DNA from: Alistipes sp.
GTDB lineage: Bacteria; Bacteroidota; Bacteroidia; Bacteroidales; Rikenellaceae
Length of the DNA stretch: 64,000 nucleotides
Assembly: GCA_045646685.1 (NCBI GenBank)
Contig: JAZRLD010000069.1
Coordinates: 136 to 64,135, forward strand
Reading direction: 5' to 3'
Shown: piece by piece, positions 8,765-19,705 of the stretch
Numbering within the stretch: the first letter of the stretch is position 1
How the letters are laid out: every line of letters starts with the position of its first letter
The notes under the pieces: generated by a model
Database searches by the model: none
Told to the model about the DNA's origin: nothing
Seen by the model: only the letters and a program-made list of their open reading frames with translations
Made by a program: the position numbers and the translations under genes

Positions 8765-11317
8765 ATGATGAAAAGAGTTGTAAAAATAACAGGTATTGTC
8801 GTGGTGGCATTTGTCGTGCTGCTTATGGTGTTGCCGTTTGCCTTCCGCGGTAAGATTGAGAGTGTGATTAAGAGCGAGGGCAATAAATTGCTCAACGCGC
8901 AGTTTGATTTCGAGAGCCTTGATATAAGCCTTATACGTCGTTTCCCGTTGGCGTCGGTGTCGCTTAACGATTTTTGGTTGAAGGGCGTTGGCGTATTTGA
9001 GAACGATACATTGGTGCGCGCTGGCGAGTTGACGGCAGCCGTAAATCTTATGTCGCTTGTGAGTGGTGATTACGAGGTATCGAAGATTATCGTTGATGAT
9101 ACTTATGTGAAGGCTATCGTTTTGGAGGATGGTCAGGTGAATTGGGACGTGATGAAACCATCGGGCGAGGAGGAAGAGGTTGTGGAGGAGAGCACTAATA
9201 CTTCGCCGTTCAAAATCTCGCTTAAAAAGTTATCGATAGATAATTTTAATGCCATTTACGATGACCGTCAGGGCGGTATGTATGCAGCCATAGAGGAGTT
9301 TGATGCTACTTGCTCGGGCGATTTTGGCAGCGATGCAACTACTGTAAAGTTGGGCGCGGAGACACCGTCGGTTACGTTCCGTATGGGAGGTGTGCCATTC
9401 CTTAATGGCGCTGCGATTAAGGCCGATATGGATGTGGCGGCCGATTTTGCGAATCAGAAATATACGCTCAATGAGAATGAGTTGCAGTTGAATGCTATTC
9501 GTGCCGCTATTGATGGTTGGGTGGCAATGACCGACAATGGTATGGATATGGACCTCAAACTCAATACTAACGAGGTCGGCTTTAAGGAGATTTTGTCGCT
9601 CATTCCTGCTATCTATGCAAAGGATTTTGCTGGCCTTAAAACCGATGGCGTGGCTACGCTTACGGCTTATGCCAAGGGTAAGTATGAGGGTGATATTGTT
9701 CCAGCCTTTGACGTTGCGTTGAATGTGAAGAATGCTATGTTCCGCTATCCGTCACTTCCTGCAGGTGTTGATGGTATCAATATTGCCGCTACGGTTAAGA
9801 ATCCGGGTGGTAGCTTGGATGCAACAACGGTTGTGGTTAACCCCTTTAACTTTACGCTTGCTGGCAATCCGTTCAGTATGACCGCAGATGTGAAGACACC
9901 TATCAGCGACCCCGATTTCAAGGCTTCGGCAAAGGGTAAGCTCGACTTGGGTAAGATTAAGGATGTCTATCCGTTGGAGGATATGAATCTCAACGGTGTG
10001 GTTAATGCCGATATGAGCCTTTCGGGCCGTCTTTCATACATCGAGAAGGAGCAGTTTGACAAGGTGGAGGCTGCGGGTAGTATCAATCTCAACGATATGA
10101 AACTGCAGATGGAGAGTATGCCCGATGTGGATATTGAGCGTTCGATATTCAGCTTCAGCCCTCGCTATGTGGAGTTGAGCCAGACTACTATTAACGTAGG
10201 CGATAATGACCTTACGCTCGATAGCCGCTTCGAGAACTATCTCGGTTTCTTGCTTAAGGGTACAACGCTCAAGGGTACGCTCAACGTTAGCAGCAATCAT
10301 ATTAACCTTAACGATTTTATGGGCGAGCAGAGCGATGAACAGCCTACAGAGTCTGCAGAGGAGAGTGCGTCAGAGCAGGAGCAGACGGCGAGCACTACGG
10401 GCGGAATCCGTGTGCCCGATAATATCGATTTCCGTGCGCAGGTGAATATGAGGCAGGTGTTGCTTGACAAGATGAACTTCGCCGATATTAAGGGTTTGCT
10501 TGTGATTAAGGATAGCAAGGTGGATATGCAGAATCTCTCGCTCAATACTATGGGCGGTAGCGTTGTGGCTAATGGCTCGTATGCTACACCTGTGGGTGCG
10601 CCTGCTCGTTTGGATGCTGGCTTTGCGCTCAATAATATCGCCTTTGCAGATGCTTACCGCGATTTGGATATGGTGCAGCAGTTGGCACCTATCTTTGCTG
10701 GTTTGACAGGTAATTTCTCGGGCGGAATAAAGGTTAATACATTGCTTGATGATGAGTTAAGCCCCGTTTTGCCGTCGCTCAATGCAAGCGGTAGCCTTTC
10801 GACCAAGGATTTGAGTTTGGGCGATGTGAAGTTTATCAATATGGTGGCTGATATCGTTAAGAAGCCTTCGTTGAAGGATACCCGCGTGAAGGATTTGGCA
10901 ATAGACTTTACCATTAAGGATGGTCGCGTGAATACCAAGCCTTTTGCTCTGAAGATGGGCGATTATGTTATGAATTTGTCGGGCTCAACAGGCCTCGACC
11001 AGACTATCGACTACCGTGGTACGATTACTCTGCCTGCATCGGCTGGCGCTGTGTCGAAGCTGGGTACTGTGGATATGACTATCGGTGGTACATTTACTTC
11101 ACCCAAGGTGGGTATTGACCTCGAGAGTTTAGCAAAGCAAGCCGCACAGCAGGCCGCGAAGTCGGCATTGTCGAGCCTCGGCGAGAAACTCGGTGTTTCG
11201 GGTGGTGCAAACAAAGCAGAGTCTGCCGACTCTACCGCGACTGCTCCCGCTACAAATGCCGAGAAAGCCGCAAATGCAATCGGCAAGGCACTCGACTTGT
11301 TCAAAAAGAAGAAGTAA
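8765..11317 (+). CDS. AsmA family protein
   Basis: Single N-terminal anchor, long beta-rich body, C-terminal GSTGLDQTIDY...IGGTFTSPKV typical of Bacteroidetes AsmA proteins. Confidence 0.85.
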   Translation: MMKRVVKITGIVVVAFVVLLMVLPFAFRGKIESVIKSEGNKLLNAQFDFESLDISLIRRFPLASVSLNDFWLKGVGVFENDTLVRAGELTAAVNLMSLVSGDYEVSKIIVDDTYVKAIVLEDGQVNWDVMKPSGEEEEVVEESTNTSPFKISLKKLSIDNFNAIYDDRQGGMYAAIEEFDATCSGDFGSDATTVKLGAETPSVTFRMGGVPFLNGAAIKADMDVAADFANQKYTLNENELQLNAIRAAIDGWVAMTDNGMDMDLKLNTNEVGFKEILSLIPAIYAKDFAGLKTDGVATLTAYAKGKYEGDIVPAFDVALNVKNAMFRYPSLPAGVDGINIAATVKNPGGSLDATTVVVNPFNFTLAGNPFSMTADVKTPISDPDFKASAKGKLDLGKIKDVYPLEDMNLNGVVNADMSLSGRLSYIEKEQFDKVEAAGSINLNDMKLQMESMPDVDIERSIFSFSPRYVELSQTTINVGDNDLTLDSRFENYLGFLLKGTTLKGTLNVSSNHINLNDFMGEQSDEQPTESAEESASEQEQTASTTGGIRVPDNIDFRAQVNMRQVLLDKMNFADIKGLLVIKDSKVDMQNLSLNTMGGSVVANGSYATPVGAPARLDAGFALNNIAFADAYRDLDMVQQLAPIFAGLTGNFSGGIKVNTLLDDELSPVLPSLNASGSLSTKDLSLGDVKFINMVADIVKKPSLKDTRVKDLAIDFTIKDGRVNTKPFALKMGDYVMNLSGSTGLDQTIDYRGTITLPASAGAVSKLGTVDMTIGGTFTSPKVGIDLESLAKQAAQQAAKSALSSLGEKLGVSGGANKAESADSTATAPATNAEKAANAIGKALDLFKKKK

Positions 11318-11335
11318 TTGAGCTGAAAGTACAAG

Positions 11336-11367
11336 AAAGGCTACCTGCAAAAGTGGGTAGCCTTTTT
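11336..11367. terminator. Bidirectional terminator
   Basis: aaaggctacc / ggtagccttt inverted repeat between convergent asmA-like and MFS genes. Confidence 0.75.
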
Positions 11368-11369
11368 AT

Positions 11370-12569
11370 TTATCTCAATTTATTTTGCTGAAAGTGTCTG
11401 CGGGCTAAGAGGTAGAATATGCTTACGCCTAAAAGATTTACGCCCCAAGCGGTCCAGAACGCAGCGTGATAACCGATATGCTCTGAAACGATACCGCCGA
11501 CCAAGATGCCCAATCCTATGCCGATGTCCCACGATACGAGAAGCGTAGAGTTGGCCGTGCCACGTTGTGAATTAGTGGCGAGGTTGATGAACATAGTCTG
11601 AAACGCGGGGAACATATGGCCGTTACCGAGGCCAATGATAAGTGCTGCACCGTAATATCCCCAATAGTTATGTACGGCAGCAAAGATGAAATAACCAACA
11701 AGCGAAACTGCTATTCCGATTGAGGCATTCTGCGTTACCTTGCCTTGTCGGAGCTTACGGCCGCCCACAAGACGCGATAGAATAAGACCAATGGCAAGGA
11801 GCATAAAGAACAGTCCCGTGCCACCTGTTATGCCCAACTCCTCTTGTCCATATATGGCGATATATGTAGCCAAGACTCCATACGAGAATGCGTAGCATAT
11901 CATTGCGGCTCCTTGTCGCCAGCCCTTCAGGAGAATGAAGCGGTCGAGCGATAGTGGTTGGTTATTCTTGGCAATCTCGCGCTCGCGAAGTTTTACCGAC
12001 GATGTGCTTGCCAATCCGATAAGTGCTGTGATAAATGCCACCCAGAATAGAAGGTCGTAGTTCTTATAAGCGCCAAAGAGCAGAAGTGCTACGGTGGGAC
12101 TGATGGCTGTTGCGATGTTGTTGCTAAGGCCATAATATCCGATTCCCTCAGCGCGGCGCGAGGGGTGCAGAACGTCGATGGCTACTGTGCTATTTGATAC
12201 TGTTGTAGCTCCAAATGGCGCGCCGTGCAGGGTGCGCACGATAGCAAATAAGACGAGAGAGCCAGCCACGATGTAGCCCGCAAAAAAGAGTGCAAAAAGC
12301 GCATAACTGAGAATAAGCACCGTGCGTCGCGGGAAACTATCAACTATATAGCCACTTAATGCGCGTATAAGTAGTGCCGTGAGCGTATAGCCCGACAAAA
12401 CGATTCCGATGGTCTGCTTATCAGCTCCGAACGTATCGCTCAAGTACGATGGCAATAGGGGAGTGAGGAGCATAAACGAAAAGAAAATCATAAAATTAGC
12501 GCACCACACCTTCAGGTAGTTGCTATTCCAGAGCCTCTCTTTTTTATCTATGTTGTTTGCCTGTTCCAT
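11370..12569 (-). CDS. MFS transporter
   Basis: About 12 hydrophobic segments, GYIVDSFPRR motif-A-like segment, RRAEGIGYYG. Confidence 0.9.
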   Translation of the reverse strand: MEQANNIDKKERLWNSNYLKVWCANFMIFFSFMLLTPLLPSYLSDTFGADKQTIGIVLSGYTLTALLIRALSGYIVDSFPRRTVLILSYALFALFFAGYIVAGSLVLFAIVRTLHGAPFGATTVSNSTVAIDVLHPSRRAEGIGYYGLSNNIATAISPTVALLLFGAYKNYDLLFWVAFITALIGLASTSSVKLREREIAKNNQPLSLDRFILLKGWRQGAAMICYAFSYGVLATYIAIYGQEELGITGGTGLFFMLLAIGLILSRLVGGRKLRQGKVTQNASIGIAVSLVGYFIFAAVHNYWGYYGAALIIGLGNGHMFPAFQTMFINLATNSQRGTANSTLLVSWDIGIGLGILVGGIVSEHIGYHAAFWTAWGVNLLGVSIFYLLARRHFQQNKLR

Positions 12570-12679
12570 ACGTTGTCTTTTGCCTACGATACAAAGATAG
12601 CGAATTATTGGTTGCGTTGTTCGCGCAGACCACGTTTAATTAAAAACAAAATAGGCTCCCGTTATCGGAAGCCTATCGT

Positions 12680-13063
12680 CTATATCACCTTATCAATCTT
12701 CTTTTCGTTGTAGTTATCAAACCATTCGCCCAACTTGGCTTTGGCCTTTGCCTTGATTTCGGGTGTGATGTTCTTCGCTACGGTGTGTATGGCCCACATT
12801 ATGGCGGCCATATCGTCTGTATAACCAGCCAATGGGATGATGTCAAGAATTAAATCCGTGGGCAAAATGAAATAGCCCAATGCACCGTAAATCTTGCTCT
12901 TGTCGGCTGTTGATACATTCGGGTTGCGCAATACGTAGTATAACAATAATACGGCATAAACCACCTTTGCACCCGCCCAGCGAGCAACCGAGGTGAGCTT
13001 GCGTTGGAGGTTACTCTCTGAGTAATTCTCCTGATACTTCTCGATGTTCTTCGGTTTTCTCAT
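12680..13063 (-). CDS. YkvA/DUF1232 family membrane protein
   Basis: GALGYFILPTDLILDIIPLAGYTDD signature. Confidence 0.88.
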   Translation of the reverse strand: MRKPKNIEKYQENYSESNLQRKLTSVARWAGAKVVYAVLLLYYVLRNPNVSTADKSKIYGALGYFILPTDLILDIIPLAGYTDDMAAIMWAIHTVAKNITPEIKAKAKAKLGEWFDNYNEKKIDKVI

Positions 13064-13178
13064 TTTTGTGTGTCGTTATTGTTGTCGATATTACAACGTA
13101 TTTTTACTAAAAATATTGTGCCTAAAAAGAAAAGGCTGCCAAACTCTCGATTTGACAGCCCTTAGCTTTATAGCCTTG

Positions 13179-15059
13179 TTACTCGACCTCGGCCAAAATA
13201 GCGCCTGCTGCTACTGCCTGACCAACCTCTACGAAGATCTGCTTAACAGTTCCGGGATAGTCGGTTGTCATCGAGTTCTCCATCTTCATAGCCTCGAGAA
13301 TAGCGATTGTATCACCACGCTTAACCTTGTCGCCAACCTTTACGCATACATCGATGATACGGCCGGGCAGGGGAGCCTCTACGGTCTTGCCTGTGATGGG
13401 CTTAACCTTCTGCGCTGCAAATGCAGCCTTTGCCTCTTCGGCATTCTTAGCCTCCTTTTCGGCCTTAGCCGCAGCCTTTGCTGCCTTCTCAGCCTCGGCT
13501 GCCTCGTATGCCTTCTTCTTAGTATTTGTCAAGAAGTTCTTTGCAACGAGCGGGAACAACTCCAACAGGAGCAACTCCTTCTCATTCTCTGCCAGCTTCA
13601 CGCCACCAGCCTCGGGTAACTCGGGGTTGGGCTGCATCTTATACTTTGTTGTATCGTAAGGAATCTCCTCGCGGAAACCGCAAATCTTGAAGCGGAACTC
13701 GGGGTCAATCTCTACGGGAGTCTTACCATAGTCACCCTTCACCAAGCCGATGAACTGCGAACTCTTGTTGGTGTACATTGCACGGCCTGCCTTCTCGTCC
13801 AAAGCGCAGTTTACAGCTTGTGCGCCTACAATCTGCGATGTGGGAGTTACCAAGGGGGGGAGACCTGCCGACAAACGTACGGTAGGAATCAACTCCATAG
13901 CGCGGGGCAAAATATCCTCCGACTTGAGCTGCTTGAGCTGTGCCACCATATTTGAGTACATACCACCGGGAATCTCTGCCTTCTGAACCAACTCATCGGG
14001 TGCGGGGAAGCCGAAGTATGCCTCAATCTTCTGGCTGATGGTGAGCAATGTGTCGAAATCCTCAGCCTTAGCCGCAGCAACAGCCTCATTGAAGAGCTGG
14101 TCGGCAGTGTCAGAGAATGCATAGCGGTTAGGCTTGGGACTCTCCTTACCAAATACAGAGAGCTCCAACTCCTTGCGGATGACCTTCAACTGCTCGTTAA
14201 TCTTGGCTACGGCGTCCATATTTACGCCGATGTCGATACCCATCTTCTGGCAGAATACATATACCAACTCCAATGCGGGAGCGCCCGTTCCACCTGCAAA
14301 CCACCAGCAGTTTGTATCCACTACGTCAACACCTGCGGCGATAGCGGCATATACTGATGCCAAGCCGTAGCCCGGAGTAGAGTGAGTGTGAAAGTCGATG
14401 GGGAGCTTGATGTGCTGCTTGAAGAGCTTCACCAAGCGGCTGATGCGCTGGGGAGGAATCAAGCCCGACATATCCTTGATGGTAATCATATCGGCGCCCA
14501 AAACGGCCATCTGCTTTGCCTTGTCGAGGAAGTACTCGTCGGTAAATACGGGCTGGGGAGCCTTCTTGCCGAAGAGGCGCTGCAAGAATGTAGGCTGGGG
14601 GTACTTGGGATCTACGGTGTAGCAAACAGCGCAGTCGGCGATACCGCCATAACGCTTAACATATTTAATAGTAGATTTTACGTTGTTCACGTCGTTCAAC
14701 GCATCGAAGATACGCATAATACCCAAGCCACTCTTGATAGCGTTGCGGCTGAAACCGTCGATAATCTCGTCGGTATAGGGGGCATAACCAAAAAGGTTAC
14801 GACCGCGCGAGAGTGCAGTAAGTTTAGAAATATCTCCTACAACCTCGTGGATACTCTCCAAACGTGTCCAAGGGTTCTCGCCCAAGTAACGCATTACAGA
14901 GTCGGGTACGGCACCGCCCCAAACCTCCATAGCGAAGAATCCTGCATCTTTATAATAGGGTAGGCAACGATTAATCTGCTCCTGTGTCATTCGCGTTGCG
15001 AATGATGACTGCTGACCATCGCGCAAGGTTAAATCTCGAATTTTTAATGATCTTGCCAT
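13179..15059 (-). CDS. Biotin-dependent carboxyltransferase (pyruvate carboxylase subunit B / oxaloacetate decarboxylase alpha type) with C-terminal biotinyl domain
   Basis: LRDGQQS, EVWGGA, IKDMSG, HTH, PGGMYSN, PLVTPTSQIVG; Ala/Lys-rich linker; EAMKM biotinylation site. Confidence 0.9.
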   Translation of the reverse strand: MARSLKIRDLTLRDGQQSSFATRMTQEQINRCLPYYKDAGFFAMEVWGGAVPDSVMRYLGENPWTRLESIHEVVGDISKLTALSRGRNLFGYAPYTDEIIDGFSRNAIKSGLGIMRIFDALNDVNNVKSTIKYVKRYGGIADCAVCYTVDPKYPQPTFLQRLFGKKAPQPVFTDEYFLDKAKQMAVLGADMITIKDMSGLIPPQRISRLVKLFKQHIKLPIDFHTHSTPGYGLASVYAAIAAGVDVVDTNCWWFAGGTGAPALELVYVFCQKMGIDIGVNMDAVAKINEQLKVIRKELELSVFGKESPKPNRYAFSDTADQLFNEAVAAAKAEDFDTLLTISQKIEAYFGFPAPDELVQKAEIPGGMYSNMVAQLKQLKSEDILPRAMELIPTVRLSAGLPPLVTPTSQIVGAQAVNCALDEKAGRAMYTNKSSQFIGLVKGDYGKTPVEIDPEFRFKICGFREEIPYDTTKYKMQPNPELPEAGGVKLAENEKELLLLELFPLVAKNFLTNTKKKAYEAAEAEKAAKAAAKAEKEAKNAEEAKAAFAAQKVKPITGKTVEAPLPGRIIDVCVKVGDKVKRGDTIAILEAMKMENSMTTDYPGTVKQIFVEVGQAVAAGAILAEVE

Positions 15060-15265
15060 AGTATAAATTGTATAAATTTTTAACTAACCTTCGTTGGAGA
15101 ACCTTTAGCTCCACGCAAATATAATAATTTTATTTTGAGCAACAATTTTTTTGTGGCGAATTATTATCTTTGTGCGGTAAATGAGTCCACTTTTGTGGCT
15201 GAATAATTTATATAATAGACAAAATTTATGCCCCGTAAGATTTTTTTGCTGGGCCTCGTTTTGAT

Positions 15266-16726
15266 ATGATATCTTCGTCGCTTGTTTTGATAACTCTTGC
15301 AGCGTATCTGCTCTTGCTCTTCGTTCTGGCTTATTTTTCGGGGCGCAAGGCCGATAATGCTGGTTTTTTTATAGGTAATCGTCGCACAACGTGGTATATG
15401 GCTACGTTGGCGATGATTGGTGCTGCGATGTCGGGTGTAACATTCATCTCGGTGCCGGGCTCGGTTGCGGTGGATAGCTTCTCCTATATGCAAATGGTTA
15501 TTGGTTTTACCATCGGCCAAATGATTGTGGCTTTTGTGCTGATTCCCGTTTTCTATCGCCGAGGCTTGGTGTCGCTATATGAGTATCTTGATGCACGCTT
15601 TGGTGTTACAACACATCGCACAGGTACGTGGTGCTTCCTGGTGTCGAAAATTATCGGTGCCGCGTTGAAAATATATGTTGTTTGTGCTGTGATGCAGCTG
15701 CTTGTGTTCGATTACTTCAAGATTGACTTTATTTGGAATATAGCAATTACGATGTCGCTCGTCTGGCTCTATACACGCTGGGGAGGTGTAAAGTCGCTGA
15801 TTGTGACCGACACGCTACAGTCCGTATCGCTCGTTGCGAGTATTGTTATATGTATATGGTGCCTGTGCAGTAGTATGCAACTTTCGATAGCAGATGCTGT
15901 GACGGTGGTTAAGGATTCCGCCTATTCGCAGATATTATTCTTTGACAATCCTAACTCACCGCGTTATTTTTGGAAAATGGTGGCGGGCGGTGCTCTGTGC
16001 CTTGTGGCTATGACGGGTTTGGATCAGGATATGATGCAGCGTAATATGAGTTGCCGCACGGTGCGCGATTCGCAGGTAAATATCGTGCTGACGGCAATAT
16101 GTCAGATTTTTGTTATCCTGCTTTTCCTTGTTCTTGGTGTTTTACTCTACCGCTATATCGATTTTGCAGGCTTGCCTATGCCGAAGAGTGGCGATGAGGT
16201 CTTCCCATTTGTTGCCGTGCAGGGCGGGTTGCCGCTAATCGCTGGTGTAGTGTTTGTTGTGGGACTTATCTCAAGTACATATTCAGCCGCAGGCTCGTCG
16301 CTTACATCGCTTACGACATCATTCACGCTCGATATTATGAATGGTGCAAATCGCTACGACGAGGAGCAGTTGGCGCGCCTGCGCAAGCGTATCCACGTGA
16401 TAATGGCTGTTGTGATGATGGCCGTAGTGCTGGTGTTTTACCACTTTGGAAATGATAGCGTTATAAATCTTGTTTTCAAGGTTGCGGGATATACCTATGG
16501 TCCGATATTAGGTTTGTTTGCATTTGGTATGATGTGTAAGCGCAAGATAAACGAGCGTTTTGTGCCCGCGATTGCTATCTTGTCGCCCTTGTTTAGCTAC
16601 GTGTTGCAGTGGTTTATGGCCGAGCATTTTGGGTATTTTATTGGTTTTGAATTGTTGGGCTATAATGCTTTATTTACTATCTTTGGGCTTTTATTAACCA
16701 TCAAACGAAATAGCGATAATGATTAG
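15266..16726 (+). CDS. Sodium:solute symporter family protein
   Basis: SGVTFISVPG, YEYLDARFG, GLDQDMMQR; many TM helices. Confidence 0.9.
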   Translation: MISSSLVLITLAAYLLLLFVLAYFSGRKADNAGFFIGNRRTTWYMATLAMIGAAMSGVTFISVPGSVAVDSFSYMQMVIGFTIGQMIVAFVLIPVFYRRGLVSLYEYLDARFGVTTHRTGTWCFLVSKIIGAALKIYVVCAVMQLLVFDYFKIDFIWNIAITMSLVWLYTRWGGVKSLIVTDTLQSVSLVASIVICIWCLCSSMQLSIADAVTVVKDSAYSQILFFDNPNSPRYFWKMVAGGALCLVAMTGLDQDMMQRNMSCRTVRDSQVNIVLTAICQIFVILLFLVLGVLLYRYIDFAGLPMPKSGDEVFPFVAVQGGLPLIAGVVFVVGLISSTYSAAGSSLTSLTTSFTLDIMNGANRYDEEQLARLRKRIHVIMAVVMMAVVLVFYHFGNDSVINLVFKVAGYTYGPILGLFAFGMMCKRKINERFVPAIAILSPLFSYVLQWFMAEHFGYFIGFELLGYNALFTIFGLLLTIKRNSDND

Positions 16727-19703
16727 AAAAACTCTATATACTCTATTACTAACGATTGCCCTATTTACCTCAAGTGTTACCTACGCTCAAAGCTTCTCTG
16801 CCGATACACGACAAGATGTTGCGGATGTGTTGACGCGCATCGTGAAACGCGAGATTTTGGGTGGCTCTGTCAAGGTTGATAGAATGAAGGCTGCGGGTGA
16901 TAAATTGGAGATTTATGCTTCGGTAGGATTGTCATACTACCCATTCCGCGAGGATAATGTTAAGGCTATCTACGACTCGGTGCGTTTGGTTTTGCCGACA
17001 AAATATGCCGATTATCGTATCTCGATTATCACCGACCGCCATCGTATTGAGGAGTTTGTGCCTACATATTATCGTAGTTCGACAAAGGATATAGTGCGTT
17101 TTGTGAATCGCTCCGAAAAACCATTGGTCAAACCATTGTCAACACTCAATGCACCTACGCAGGGCCTTGCGGGACGTCACGTAGCTATGTGGCAGAGTCA
17201 CGGCCGATATTTCGATCAAGGCGAGAATGTGTGGCGCTGGCAGCGTTCGCGTTTGTGGGAGACGGTAGAGGATCTGTTTACGCAGAGTTTTGTGTTGCCG
17301 TATCTGGTGCCTATGCTGGAGAATGCTGGTGCAAATGTATTACTTCCGCGCGAGCGAGATACTCAGCTTAATGAGATAATTATCGACAACGATGAGGGTG
17401 TAGATGATAGCCGCTATGCCGAGCGTGGTGATTGGAAAGATGGTGGCGAAGGATTTGCACATAAGCGAGATGTTTATGTTACGGGGCAAAATCCTTTCAC
17501 AGATGGAACTACGCGCCTTACCGAGAGTGTTACTTCAGGCTCGGAGAGTTGTGCCGAGTGGTACGCAGCCATACCTGAAGATGGTAAATATGCCGTATAT
17601 GTGTCGTACAACAGTTACGGAAAGGAGAGTGCTGACGATGTGGTTTATACTGTTCATCATCGCGGTGGCGAGAGCCGTTTTGCCGTAAACCAGACTATGG
17701 GTGGCGGTATGTGGATATACCTTGGCCACTTTGATTTTGCGGAGGGTACGGAGCGCGTGCTTGTGTCGCTCTCGAACAAGAGTTCGCAGGCGGGCAAGAA
17801 GGTGTCGGCCGATGGCGTGAAGATTGGTGGCGGATATGGTAATGTAGCACGTACGGTGTCGGCTCATTTACAGAAGGAGGATATCGACTATGAGGCGCTA
17901 ACGAGCGAGTATCCCCGTTTCTGTGAGGGCTCGCGCTATTGGTTGCAGTGGTCGGGTTTTGCTGAGGATGTATATACTCCCAAGGAGAATAAGGACGACT
18001 ATAAAGACGACTTTATGTCGCGTGCCCATTGGGTAAATGTCCTGATGGGTGGCTCGGAGCGTCTGCCCAAGGAGGAGGGTAAATCTATTCCGCTCGATAT
18101 GGCTTTGGCGTTTCACTCGGATGCGGGCGTGCGCCTTAATGACGATATTATAGGAACATTAGGAATATTCTACACCAAGGATAATAAGGGCCGTTTTGAG
18201 GGCGGTGCCGACCGTTATCTCTCGCGCGATTTAACCGATATGGTGATGACGCAGATGGTTAGCGATATTCGCGCAACATTTGAGCCTGCGTGGAGCCGTC
18301 GTGGTATGTGGAATCGCTCGTATTATGAGGCACGCGTGCCGTGTGTGCCAACGATGCTATTGGAGTCGATGTCGCACCAGAATTTTGCTGATATGCGATA
18401 TGGTAATGACCCGCGATTCAAGTTCCTGGTAAGCCGTGCGATATATAAGGGCATATTACGCTATCTGTCAAGTCAGTACGGTGTGCCATATACAGTTCAA
18501 CCTCTGCCCGTAGAGAGCTTTAGCGCGGTGTTTACCGATAGCGCTTCGGCTGATGTTGTGTTGAGCTGGACACCCGTAGAGGATGATTTAGAGATTTCGG
18601 CAACGCCCGATTATTACATCGTCTATACTCGCAAGGACGATGGCGGATTCGATAATGGCGTGCGTGTTGATGGCACAAGCGTAAGAATGAAGCAAGAGGC
18701 AGGCCATACGTATAGCTATCGCGTTACGGCTGTAAATAGGGGCGGTGAGAGCTTCCCGAGCGAAACTCTTTCGTCGCATCGCGCCAAGAGTGAGCGTGGT
18801 CGCGTGCTGGTCGTAAATGGCTTTGACAGAGTGAGCGCTCCGCTGAGTATTCAGGGCGATTCGATAGCGGGATTCTATAACTACTATGATTCGGGCGTAG
18901 CCTACGTGGAGGATATCTCGTTTATTGGCGAACAGCGCAATTTCGACCGCCTGCTGTCGCGCTCGGAGAATGATAACAACGCGTTGGGTTCTTGTTATAG
19001 CGATTACGAAACCGAAGTTATCGCGGGTAATACGTTCGACTATCCCGTACTGCACGGTCGCTCGATTGTGGAGGTAGGATTTTCGTACTGTTCAACGAGC
19101 GTGAAGGCCGTCGAGCAGGGTAGTGTGAAGATGGGTGATTATCCCATTGTTGATTTGATTCTTGGTAAGCAGCGCTCGTGCGAGATGGGACGAGGTACGT
19201 CGGGCGTAGAGTTTGAGGTATTCTCGGATAGATTGCAGGATAGAATACGTGATTATACAGCGTCGGGTGGCGCACTCTTTGCGTCGGGCTGCTATGTGGG
19301 TAGCGATTTGTGGAACGGCATAGAGTCCGATGGTGATGATAAGGAGTTTGCCCGTCGCGTATTGCATATATCATTCAATGGTGATATGGCTACACGCCGA
19401 GGTGTTGCTCGCGTGGTGGCTTCGCCGATGAAGATGGCCCGCCAGAATATCAATTTCAACCGTGAGCCCTCGCGTGATTTCTATGCTGTGGAGTCGCCGG
19501 GCTGTATCTCACCTTTTGGCAAGGGTGCATTTATAGCTATGCGTTATGCAACAAATAACCAATCGGCGGCGGTGGGTTACAATGGCGAGAATTACCGTTC
19601 GATGGTGATGGCCTTCCCCTTTGAGAGTATTCTCAACGAGTCGGAGCGTCACTCGCTGATGCGTGGTGTGTTGAATTTCTTGAGTGAGAAAAAGAGCGAA
19701 TAA
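16719..19703 (+). CDS. Secreted multidomain protein with amidase_3-like, golvesin-like and fibronectin type III domains (family often labelled 'xanthan lyase')
   Basis: Signal peptide; WQSHG, ETVED, AFHSDA and LLESMSH putative zinc-amidase ligands; FnIII YSYRVTAVNRGGESFPSE. Confidence 0.7.
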   Translation: MIRKTLYTLLLTIALFTSSVTYAQSFSADTRQDVADVLTRIVKREILGGSVKVDRMKAAGDKLEIYASVGLSYYPFREDNVKAIYDSVRLVLPTKYADYRISIITDRHRIEEFVPTYYRSSTKDIVRFVNRSEKPLVKPLSTLNAPTQGLAGRHVAMWQSHGRYFDQGENVWRWQRSRLWETVEDLFTQSFVLPYLVPMLENAGANVLLPRERDTQLNEIIIDNDEGVDDSRYAERGDWKDGGEGFAHKRDVYVTGQNPFTDGTTRLTESVTSGSESCAEWYAAIPEDGKYAVYVSYNSYGKESADDVVYTVHHRGGESRFAVNQTMGGGMWIYLGHFDFAEGTERVLVSLSNKSSQAGKKVSADGVKIGGGYGNVARTVSAHLQKEDIDYEALTSEYPRFCEGSRYWLQWSGFAEDVYTPKENKDDYKDDFMSRAHWVNVLMGGSERLPKEEGKSIPLDMALAFHSDAGVRLNDDIIGTLGIFYTKDNKGRFEGGADRYLSRDLTDMVMTQMVSDIRATFEPAWSRRGMWNRSYYEARVPCVPTMLLESMSHQNFADMRYGNDPRFKFLVSRAIYKGILRYLSSQYGVPYTVQPLPVESFSAVFTDSASADVVLSWTPVEDDLEISATPDYYIVYTRKDDGGFDNGVRVDGTSVRMKQEAGHTYSYRVTAVNRGGESFPSETLSSHRAKSERGRVLVVNGFDRVSAPLSIQGDSIAGFYNYYDSGVAYVEDISFIGEQRNFDRLLSRSENDNNALGSCYSDYETEVIAGNTFDYPVLHGRSIVEVGFSYCSTSVKAVEQGSVKMGDYPIVDLILGKQRSCEMGRGTSGVEFEVFSDRLQDRIRDYTASGGALFASGCYVGSDLWNGIESDGDDKEFARRVLHISFNGDMATRRGVARVVASPMKMARQNINFNREPSRDFYAVESPGCISPFGKGAFIAMRYATNNQSAAVGYNGENYRSMVMAFPFESILNESERHSLMRGVLNFLSEKKSE

Positions 19704-19705
19704 AG

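Noticed and set aside
13380-13520. Ala/Lys/Glu-rich repetitive segment
   Set aside because: Normal linker before a biotinyl domain
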